A stretch of 64,000 bases of DNA from Bacteroidota bacterium (GTDB taxonomy: Bacteria; Bacteroidota; Ignavibacteria; Kryptoniales; JAKASW01): contig JAJYRM010000004.1 in the NCBI GenBank assembly GCA_021794075.1, positions 8,838-72,837 on the forward strand. Reading direction: 5' to 3'. Below, piece after piece: positions 9,613-17,377 of this stretch. The stretch's first letter is position 1, and every line of letters begins with the position of its first letter. A model generated the notes under the pieces. The model did not search any database. It saw only the letters and a list, made by a program, of their open reading frames with translations, and was not told the origin of the DNA. The translations under genes and the position numbers were made by a program.

Positions 9613-10398
9613 TTAATGAACAAGAGCAAAAAAGCCGAAAAGCACGAGCATGTCTTCTCCGTATCGAGCCACCTGCCTGATGAGGTTTTGCTCGGCAGGG
9701 ACGAATACTGTGTCCCCCGCGCGTACCGAAGGGATGCTTGCGATGTTTCCGTTCTCGAGATAGCGCTGGAGATCGACCTCCACTGCGTCTTCATGGCTTC
9801 CCTGCCTGAATATCTTCACGTGTCGTAGATCGGCGTTCGTCGCCGTTCCTCCGGCTTCTGCGATGACCTCGACGAGCGACACTTCGCCGAGCGCCGGGTA
9901 ATTTCCCTGCTTGTTGACGGCACCCATCACGCTGATCCTTTTCCCTCGGCTTACGTGAGAGATTGTCACCCTAGCGTCTCCTTTCACATATTCCGACAAA
10001 CGTTCCTGAATCTCGCTGGCAAGCTGTCTCTCGGTCAGTCCCTCCGCAATGACATTTCCAACGAGCGGTATAGCTATCGTCCCGTAATTCTCCACCGTAG
10101 TTGTTGTATTGAACTTCGGGTATCCCCACACCATCACCTGGACCTGATCGCCCGGTTCGATTACGTTTTGAGGATCACTGGGAGGATCTGCAGTGGAGTC
10201 GCTCACATCAAGAGATCCCACATTGGATTCTGTGTCGTTCGATTGCGCGCTGGCAACCTCAATGTACTTGGAATGCTGACGCGCCAGCGGAACCTCCCCC
10301 GCGCATCCGGACACGACCATTGCTCCAGCAATCAGGACAATCGCCACGACAATTCTATGCAATAAGCCGATAGAGCGCTTCGTCGACAAAGATTTCAT
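9613..10398 (-). CDS. wza: Polysaccharide export protein, Wza family (Poly_export + SLBB), lipoprotein
   Basis: PGDQVQVMVWGYP...GTIAIPLVGNVIAEGLTERQLASEIQERL (Poly_export) and SLVEVIAEAGG...RAGDTVFVP (SLBB). Lipobox VVSGC. Start placed at MKSLSTKR (10398) so the signal peptide is N-terminal. The ORF is open to 10518, and Met codons at 10434 and 10458 are alternatives. Confidence 0.8.
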   Translation of the reverse strand: MKSLSTKRSIGLLHRIVVAIVLIAGAMVVSGCAGEVPLARQHSKYIEVASAQSNDTESNVGSLDVSDSTADPPSDPQNVIEPGDQVQVMVWGYPKFNTTTTVENYGTIAIPLVGNVIAEGLTERQLASEIQERLSEYVKGDARVTISHVSRGKRISVMGAVNKQGNYPALGEVSLVEVIAEAGGTATNADLRHVKIFRQGSHEDAVEVDLQRYLENGNIASIPSVRAGDTVFVPAEQNLIRQVARYGEDMLVLFGFFALVH

Positions 10399-10571
10399 TC
10401 CAGAAAGAATTGTAGACAAGCGGCTGGAAGACATCGCGTTGTTAGATTCGCGGGTCATCGACTCGAAGGACGGCTTACGATATTTCGTTTCGTAGGATGA
10501 CTGTCTAATCTGTAACAAGTTCTTAACCCTTCTTTCAAGTTTCCGTTCTTAAATGCTTGCAAGAAGAAAAG

Positions 10572-10587
10572 GTCAAGATGCGTGCCA
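10572..10587 (-). promoter_or_regulatory. sigma54-like -24/-12 element facing the wza-led operon
   Basis: Minus-strand reading tGGCACGcatcTTGAC. It has the GG/TTG spacing of TGGCACG-N4-TTGCW and lies about 50 nt upstream of the longest wza ORF start. Confidence 0.5.
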
Positions 10588-10823
10588 CGCGCAGAAGAGT
10601 GACTCCAATTTCGATTGTGACCTGAAAACAGCACCGATTGCGATAAATGGCAGCCCGGAATCGTTCGTTGCAGTTTTAAGACGATGATGCGCTGACGCCA
10701 TCATACACGCCGATACGAAGGTGACTGTCTCCTTCGTACACAAAAGGGCTGATGAAGCTCTTCAATGCATGATCGGAATCGCGAGTCCGAACGAATATTG
10801 CGGGAATTATCATCAAAGTTCCC

Positions 10824-10839
10824 CGGCACGCGCTTTGAG
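10824..10839 (+). promoter_or_regulatory. sigma54-like -24/-12 element facing the wzz-led operon
   Basis: cGGCACGcgctTTGAG, ending 27 nt before ATG 10867. A GAGAGGA Shine-Dalgarno lies between. Confidence 0.5.
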
Positions 10840-10866
10840 CTTCTAAGAGTGAGAGGAACTTAAAAC

Positions 10867-12222
10867 ATGAAGAATGCACAATTCGGTTTTGACCAGTTCT
10901 CCGCGATGATGAGGCGGAGGAAGATACCTTTTCTGATACCATTCATAATAATATTCGCCGCTTGCACCGTAGGCGCGTTTATCATGCAGAAGAAATACAA
11001 ATCCTCAACGACCATACTGGTACAGGGAGATGGCGTGTTGAATCCGCTTGTGAGCTACACAATGGCGGTCACTATGGCTTATGACGGTCAGCTTCACAAC
11101 TTTGACGAGATCATTTATAGCAGACCGGTTATAGAAGCGCTCATCGACAGCCTTGGTTTGCATAAACAGGAAGAGACCGCGGCCCAAAAGGAAGCGTTGA
11201 TAGCCGCCATAACAAAAAGCATAACCACAGACCGGAAGGGGACCGATATATTCACGATATCTTATTTCGCGCCAACTCCGGAGATGGCGCAGAGAGGCGT
11301 CGAGGTCCTGTCAGAATTGTACATTCGAAAGAGACTAACGATACAAAACAGCAAGAATGACTTTGCCGTCCAGTTTTTCACTCAAAGGCTGAACAGCCTG
11401 CGGAACAAATTCGAAAAGAGCCAGAATCAACTAGTGGGGATGATGAAACAACATATAAGTGCCATCCCGGAAAGCGACCGGGAGTTGTATACGCAAATCG
11501 GGGACTACAACAAACAAATCGACAAAATTCAAAGCACAATATCGAACTATCAACAGGCCCTGGCGATACTCAACAAGACAGACTTAGCCCACCCCAAGAC
11601 GATCGATCTTAAGACCCTGTATGAGATTCCGCTGCTCGGAGTCCCTTACGGAAAAGAACTCGAATCCGCGCTGGTCCAATACGATGGACTTCTCCACAAG
11701 TATACAGAGCACTACCCTGCCGTTGAAGACGCGAAGGCAAATCTGCTCCAGCTCCTTCAGCGGTCAAGATCGGTCACGCAGTCAGGTCTCGTCGCCAAAG
11801 AAAATCAAATATGGCAGATTGAAAAAAGTAGGAACAAGGAGATTGCCACCGTTCAACGCGCCACGGTGGCCTCGAGCCAGGACCAGGATGTCCGATCGAA
11901 TTTCAATATATACAAAGGATTGTACAACGACATGCAGGTGAAACTGGAGCAGGCGGAGACCAGCAGGGCTCTTGGAGAAAACGGGGCAAGAGAATTCGTT
12001 GTGCTTGACCCCCCCGCGCTTCCCACGCGACCGGCCAAGCCGAACAAGCCGCTCATGGTAGGCGCCGGCTTGATTTTGGGCCTGATTCTCGGCCTCCTCT
12101 CCGCAGGCCTTGCCGAGATTTTCGATTCGAGGGTAAGAACGCCGATGGACATCGATCTGTACAACAAACCAGTAATAGCGTTCCTTCCCGCCGTCGATGG
12201 CTATAGCAAACATGCCGATTAA
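10867..12222 (+). CDS. Polysaccharide co-polymerase / chain-length determinant (Wzz/GumC-like, PCP family)
   Basis: 451 aa. N-terminal TM after RRRKIPFLIPFIIIF, a Wzz-type start (KYKSSTTILVQ), a long coiled-coil periplasmic region and a C-terminal TM (PLMVGAGLILGLILGLLSAGL). Confidence 0.85.
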   Translation: MKNAQFGFDQFSAMMRRRKIPFLIPFIIIFAACTVGAFIMQKKYKSSTTILVQGDGVLNPLVSYTMAVTMAYDGQLHNFDEIIYSRPVIEALIDSLGLHKQEETAAQKEALIAAITKSITTDRKGTDIFTISYFAPTPEMAQRGVEVLSELYIRKRLTIQNSKNDFAVQFFTQRLNSLRNKFEKSQNQLVGMMKQHISAIPESDRELYTQIGDYNKQIDKIQSTISNYQQALAILNKTDLAHPKTIDLKTLYEIPLLGVPYGKELESALVQYDGLLHKYTEHYPAVEDAKANLLQLLQRSRSVTQSGLVAKENQIWQIEKSRNKEIATVQRATVASSQDQDVRSNFNIYKGLYNDMQVKLEQAETSRALGENGAREFVVLDPPALPTRPAKPNKPLMVGAGLILGLILGLLSAGLAEIFDSRVRTPMDIDLYNKPVIAFLPAVDGYSKHAD

Positions 12223-12239
12223 CTAAGAAATCAATATCA

Positions 12240-13016
12240 ATGAGCGTCTTCGACATTAACGATGCTGCCGATAATTCACGAAGCAGAGATAGCAGGAGAG
12301 AACAATCAATGTATGAAATGAGTGACGACTTGATAGAATCGCCATGGGGAAATGATGACAGGCAGGTTCAGAAGTATATCCGTCCTGTGAAAATAAGCGC
12401 AGTCGCGGGTGACATGGTTGACAAACGAGTTGTTTCCTATCAACTTTACAATTCGTTCAACTATTCCGCGATATACCCTTCCGGTCGATACTCGCCAAAA
12501 TTCAGTATAGGGGTAACGAGTCCTGGCCGCAGCGAAGGAAAGACAACCGCAGTTTGCAACCTCGCGGTAGCGCTCGCGATGGGAACGGGTAGAAAAACTG
12601 TCCTGGTGGACTTCAACATTATCAGGCCGAGTATCCACCAAATCTTCGGCATGTCCCCCGGTCCCGGACTTGCGGAAGCGCTAAGCGGCTCGGACATTTG
12701 TGTCGTTCCCACGCAGCTTGATAATCTCTTCGCACTTCCGGCCGGCGACAGGCGCTTGTTCACTCCGAGCAAATTGTCGTCCTTCCGGGAGGTGCTTTCT
12801 TCACTCAATAGCTCCTTTGAATTCGTACTGGTGGATCTTCCCCCGGCCGGTTCGCGCGCATTTCCCACGATAATCGTAAACCAACTCGGCGGGCTCCTTA
12901 TCGTGGTACGGCCCAAAATGACAAAGCGTCGGGAGGTTGGAAAGGTTTTCAGGAAACTGCATGACAAGAGCGTGCTCGGGTTCATTATGAACGGGGTTGA
13001 CGAAGATGACATCTGA
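12240..13016 (+). CDS. BY-kinase-like P-loop ATPase (CpsD/CapB/EpsG type), no C-terminal Tyr cluster
   Basis: 258 aa. Walker A region GVTSPGRSEGKTT, Walker A' VLVDFNIIRPS, Walker B FVLVDLPPA. The tail ..NGVDEDDI has no tyrosines. Confidence 0.8.
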   Translation: MSVFDINDAADNSRSRDSRREQSMYEMSDDLIESPWGNDDRQVQKYIRPVKISAVAGDMVDKRVVSYQLYNSFNYSAIYPSGRYSPKFSIGVTSPGRSEGKTTAVCNLAVALAMGTGRKTVLVDFNIIRPSIHQIFGMSPGPGLAEALSGSDICVVPTQLDNLFALPAGDRRLFTPSKLSSFREVLSSLNSSFEFVLVDLPPAGSRAFPTIIVNQLGGLLIVVRPKMTKRREVGKVFRKLHDKSVLGFIMNGVDEDDI

Positions 13017-13214
13017 ATCATGGAAGGATCTGGACAAAGAACTGGCGGAAGTTCTCCTGTTCGTATCAGGGACAGTTCTGGCAAAACTCATAATACGGCG
13101 CCTGATGCGATTGGGAATGTCATCGGATATTCCACTTGAGAGTGAGCAAGACGAATACGAAGAGATGTTGGGGATTTAAAACGAATAGAATGAAAGCGAG
13201 GTCAGCACAAATAC

Positions 13215-14441
13215 GTGAATCTCTATCCACAAACTAGGAAGGTCCGTGGGTTGGACCGGTATTTGAAATCGATCGGCATGGATGTTCGCCGATATGGGAA
13301 TGCCTCCCATGCGTTCAAAGACATACTTGTCTATCTCGGGAGAAAGTCCGGCGTTGAAAAGCCGAACGTCATAATGCCCGCGTATATCCCGGCTAAGCTC
13401 TACCGCACGGTGGTGACTGCCGGTTACGAGCCTAAGTTCTACGAAATCGGAAAGAGATGCGCTTTTAATCCCGAAGAGGTCGAGGGCCTCATCGACGATC
13501 GCACGACGTCGATCTTCGCGATTCATTACTTCGGGCATCCGGCGGATATCGAGCCGCTGTCGAACATTGCCGCGCGAAACCACATCGCGCTCATCGAAGA
13601 CTGTGCGCACGTTCTCCTCGGCTCATACAACGGGAAGGCTCTAGGGTCCTACGGCGACTTCGCGATTTTCAGCACCAGGAAGATGCTACAGTTGTCTGAT
13701 GGCGGTATGCTTGTCATGAACAGAAGCTGCCCCGACCTCAAAGCCAGTTACGGCCCAAGGGTCCGAAGCATTTACACTCTCGCTAACTTTCTGTCATCCA
13801 GGGTAAAACGCGGTTACATGCAGATTTCGGGCGGAAACGATTTTCTCCGTGTAACACGTCCGACCGAGGTCGGCTGGCTGGATCCGCGCAGGCCGCTCGA
13901 ACTCAATGTCAAGAAGATGTCTTTGTTCACCGCGCTCTACGGAAGGGCCATCGACTTAAACAAGATCTCAATGATCAGGAGAGAGAATTATATGAGGCTA
14001 ATTGAGAGGCTCAAGCCGTTCTCTTTTCTCGAGCCGATGTACGATGATCTTCCCGTTGCGTGGACTCCTTACAGTCTTCCGATGATGACTCGCGAACAGG
14101 ACCGGACCTTTCTTCAAGTTGAGCTTCTCCGGCGCGGCATCAGCTGCGGACTGGGCTGGCCGGAGTCACCTTTCGACGAGCGGCTGACCAGAACTCAAGC
14201 CCTCGCGAACACTGTTATCGAGTTCCCGACACATCCCCTTATGACATCGCGACAGTTTGACAGAATCATAGAGGCGTGCGAATCATTCGAGAGCGGCATT
14301 TCTTCACGAAAAGAAGAGGACGTACATCCCGATACAAGGTTATCCAAACAAGATTCCATTATGCCGGCGAGCGTGCCTCAGGCTCGGGGAACTAAACTCC
14401 TTCAGAAGGGTGCGGATGCGGCGAGCGCGGTTCGGTTATGA
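13215..14441 (+). CDS. DegT/DnrJ/EryC1/StrS-family PLP-dependent sugar aminotransferase
   Basis: 408 aa. IMPAYIPAKL...IFAIHYFGHPADIEPLSNIAARNHIALIEDCAHVLLGSYNGKALGSYGDFAIFSTRKML..SDGGMLV matches the family core, including the Lys-containing FS..K motif. GTG start as in the ORF track. Confidence 0.8.
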   Translation: MNLYPQTRKVRGLDRYLKSIGMDVRRYGNASHAFKDILVYLGRKSGVEKPNVIMPAYIPAKLYRTVVTAGYEPKFYEIGKRCAFNPEEVEGLIDDRTTSIFAIHYFGHPADIEPLSNIAARNHIALIEDCAHVLLGSYNGKALGSYGDFAIFSTRKMLQLSDGGMLVMNRSCPDLKASYGPRVRSIYTLANFLSSRVKRGYMQISGGNDFLRVTRPTEVGWLDPRRPLELNVKKMSLFTALYGRAIDLNKISMIRRENYMRLIERLKPFSFLEPMYDDLPVAWTPYSLPMMTREQDRTFLQVELLRRGISCGLGWPESPFDERLTRTQALANTVIEFPTHPLMTSRQFDRIIEACESFESGISSRKEEDVHPDTRLSKQDSIMPASVPQARGTKLLQKGADAASAVRL

Positions 14442-14513
14442 TGGTTTCGCATCAAGTTAAAGAATAGTTTTTTCAGGAATTACAATACAACGTAAACCAA
14501 ACGGAGAGCAAAA

Positions 14514-15341
14514 ATGAGTGGATTGAGAATTTCAAACGGAGCGCAGGTGAATACCGCGTTAAAAGAGATGGTACCGCTGACTTCACTATTCGATTCCCGG
14601 CCCAACCCTGAAACATTGCGGGAATGCCTAGAACAATTCAGCCAGCGCATTTCCGCAATCAGGGTGCTCATAGGGCATAACGAACACACTACCGTCGGCA
14701 CCACACGGCAATGCATCCAACTGGCCCACAGGTTCAACGTCCCCACGGTTACCCGCGTCGAATCTCCAAGGGTTGTCATCAATCGGGGAGTCCTCCCGAT
14801 CTACCTCGATCTCTGCGGAGAAACCGGTGTAAGCAGGATACAGTTTAGAAAGACGAGTCTTCAACACGGCATCAATCCCCGAGAGGTTGTTGCGCTTGCT
14901 GACGACAGGAACCTGGACATACAGTTTGAAATCACGGAGTGGTCTGCCACGAGAGGCCCGGAGAGCGAACAAGCTGAAATCAACGAGGGGATCGAATGGC
15001 TTGAAGCCGGCGCTTTAAATTTGGTCGCTAGCGTAACACGCCAGTCCGTTGTGAATGAGAACGGGCGTCAAAGCCAGATGAACATGCAATTTGCCGAAAG
15101 ACTGGCCAGGACATTTGGACTGCACGCTGTGATGTTCACGGCAGCGACCGAATCGGAGCAGACACCGCTGCTGAAAGCCTTCGGCGAGGAGACGCACATA
15201 TGCGATGTACCATTTGCCGATGTGGTCCGGGTGGAAAAGATGAGATCCGAAGTATCACTGGTTACATCCTTTTCAGCGGAAGTAGACTTCACCCTAGGTT
15301 ATCGCCGCAGCGACAATAGACCTGGGCAAAGGAATTACTGA
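14514..15341 (+). CDS. ComA-like (phosphosulfolactate synthase family, PF02679-like) TIM-barrel protein, divergent; paralog 1
   Basis: 275 aa. By-eye collinearity with archaeal ComA: I..I+...G; YLDLCGETGVSRIQF ~ FIEACKELGFEAVEI; LLKAFGEETHICDVPFADVVRVEKMR ~ ILKFGSSVNLANIAFDEVISLETLR. Clear paralog of 20973-21785. Coding confidence is high; the family call is tentative. Confidence 0.6.
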   Translation: MSGLRISNGAQVNTALKEMVPLTSLFDSRPNPETLRECLEQFSQRISAIRVLIGHNEHTTVGTTRQCIQLAHRFNVPTVTRVESPRVVINRGVLPIYLDLCGETGVSRIQFRKTSLQHGINPREVVALADDRNLDIQFEITEWSATRGPESEQAEINEGIEWLEAGALNLVASVTRQSVVNENGRQSQMNMQFAERLARTFGLHAVMFTAATESEQTPLLKAFGEETHICDVPFADVVRVEKMRSEVSLVTSFSAEVDFTLGYRRSDNRPGQRNY

Positions 15342-15345
15342 AATA

Positions 15346-16821
15346 TCATTTCAGGAGGAGCATCTTGATCGATAGTCTGGCAGAACTTGTCTGCAGCCTG
15401 CAAAGGTAGACGCCGCTCGGATAGGCATTTGCATCCCAGGATAACGCATGTTCCCCAGGCTGCAGAAACCCGCTGAAGAGGATGGCAACACGCTGCCCCA
15501 GGATATTGTACACGACCACTCTAACTCGTCCCGCTGAAGTGGTCCCGAACTTGATCGTCGTGGAAGGATTGAAAGGATTCGGATAGTTTTGGAGCAGATA
15601 GGGAGAGCTCGGCACGCCTGAAGGTGGTACGCTTACCACCGTTGTTGAAGTGTCAGCTTGGATATTCTTCACGGCTTCCATGAGAGGATAATTAGGACTT
15701 CCAGGAGGATACCCCCAGCCGAGTTCGTAGATTATCAGACCACCAAGATGATTCTTTCTTATATAGTTGAACTTCGCCGCGATAGAATTTGAGTCGTCGA
15801 ACGAAATAAAATAGCTGGGAGAAAGAAGCGAGAGAATGCCCGCGGGTATGCTGAGGTATCCGACTTGCGCCAGGGGATCCCAGTGGTAGTAAGCAGGGTT
15901 GAAGTATTTTTGCATGATGCCCGTTCCGCTTGAATTATAAAGCGGCACGTCGCTCGAAGATGAAAGAGTGACCGTGAGGGGTAGCACGTCCGGAAGGCTC
16001 GCGCCCTCCCAGACTGTTCCGGCAAACTCGCAGCCTATCCCTATTTTGGACGAATCGACGCCGGCCTTCTCGAACTGGCGCACAATGCTGTTCGCGTTTG
16101 GGAGAGGCTGACCGTCAAGAGAGTCACCGTCGCTGTAAAGCGCAGAATTGTACCAGGTGGGCCACCCACCATATTCCGCGGACAAATCATAGGTCATAAG
16201 ATTAATTTCGTTGAAGTATTTCTGAGTGTCCGCCATCAGACTCTGATTTCCGCCGCTGCTCGTCGACGTAAGAAGCATGCCGCTTCTCATCGCGTCGAGG
16301 CTATCCCGAAGCATATTGGCAAGATTAGTGAAATTTGGGTAATCCGATGTCGGTATTGGACCGGAGTAAGTCTCCCAGTCGATATCTACACCGTCGAAAT
16401 CATATTCCCTCACGAGCGCCATTATGTTGCTCACAAAGGTGCCTATGATGGCTGAGTCGGTAGCGCTTTCAAAGCCCGACTCGGTGTTCCAGCCGCCAAT
16501 CGAGACAAGGGCCTTCGCGCCTTTAGCATGGGCCGCTGCTGCAAGCAGTCTTGCCGCTTTGTAGTTCGCGTACGTGGTATCGATCGTGCCGTCGGGATTA
16601 GGTGAGAAACCGAAGTACGCCACAGCAGTCATGGACGAGAAGTCGACGGCGCTCAGCGGCGGAGTGCTGTTAGTGCTTCCGTTCCCAAGTTCCCATCCGG
16701 GGAAATAGCACATCACCCAAGGCTTCGCTTCGGCGCGCGGTGGAAGGATGATTAGCGCAAACACGAAAAGCGCGGCCAGCAGCGCCAGCCGCTTCTGTGA
16801 ATCGACAAGCCTCAACATCAT
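15346..16821 (-). CDS. GH18 chitinase-like glycoside hydrolase with T9SS C-terminal sorting domain (paralog 1)
   Basis: 491 aa. Signal peptide, WVMCYFPGWE, SIGGW, catalytic FDGVDIDWE (DxxDxDxE), MTYD, and CTD QNYPNPFNPST...SIKMLLLK. Confidence 0.9.
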   Translation of the reverse strand: MMLRLVDSQKRLALLAALFVFALIILPPRAEAKPWVMCYFPGWELGNGSTNSTPPLSAVDFSSMTAVAYFGFSPNPDGTIDTTYANYKAARLLAAAAHAKGAKALVSIGGWNTESGFESATDSAIIGTFVSNIMALVREYDFDGVDIDWETYSGPIPTSDYPNFTNLANMLRDSLDAMRSGMLLTSTSSGGNQSLMADTQKYFNEINLMTYDLSAEYGGWPTWYNSALYSDGDSLDGQPLPNANSIVRQFEKAGVDSSKIGIGCEFAGTVWEGASLPDVLPLTVTLSSSSDVPLYNSSGTGIMQKYFNPAYYHWDPLAQVGYLSIPAGILSLLSPSYFISFDDSNSIAAKFNYIRKNHLGGLIIYELGWGYPPGSPNYPLMEAVKNIQADTSTTVVSVPPSGVPSSPYLLQNYPNPFNPSTTIKFGTTSAGRVRVVVYNILGQRVAILFSGFLQPGEHALSWDANAYPSGVYLCRLQTSSARLSIKMLLLK

Positions 16822-17377
16822 GGCACATCACCGCACGCTGGTTCGTTGCGTATCCCTGACGCGTCTAAATGATGGTCCAATTGTGTGAAAGTATTACACA
16901 GTTCCGATTCCCCGTTCTCCCCCTTACGACTAAATTCTGTTCGTCCGTTCCATATTTCCTTGTGGAACTTCTCCGTGAAAAATCTCCTTCCGAAAAAATA
17001 TAGACCAGCTATAAGTCCGAGTCAACTCCTAAAACGATTTTTTGATCAAGAAAGAATATCACCGCAATCGGGCTCTGCCCGAACGAGTCGTAATTAATGC
17101 TTCGTCAGCGCCGTCGCGACCAAATGATATATCGATTCGTTTCGGCCACGGATTACAACGCGACGATTATCCTGGCGCGACGAATTTGCCCTGCGGCACT
17201 TACCGGTTCAGCCTGTCGCAACACAGACAATATCATGACTTTCGCAGACCCTCTTCCTGGAAGTAGCGGGAGCCGTTTCATCGCATTAACCATGCATACG
17301 GTATTCGTAGAGAGCGTGCTAACTTTGAAGCGCGCCTCAACATTCCATTTCTTTCGTTCGCTCATTAAAGCGGACTT

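Noticed and set aside
10571-10840. The paired 16-18-nt inverted repeats (also 19540-19820 and 35074-35330), read as MITE terminal inverted repeats or as a long-range RNA closing stem around a ~250-nt leader.
   Set aside because: The interiors of the three elements share no convincing similarity, and no target-site duplications are visible. Each arm matches a -24/-12 promoter layout pointing at the neighbouring gene, and a seventh unpaired copy exists. The divergent-promoter interpretation explains more.
12997-13179. A 60-aa ORF overlapping the end of the P-loop ATPase gene, with one hydrophobic segment (ATG option at 13006).
   Set aside because: It could be a real small membrane protein filling the 13017-13214 gap. 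There is no Shine-Dalgarno or homology evidence, so I left it uncalled.
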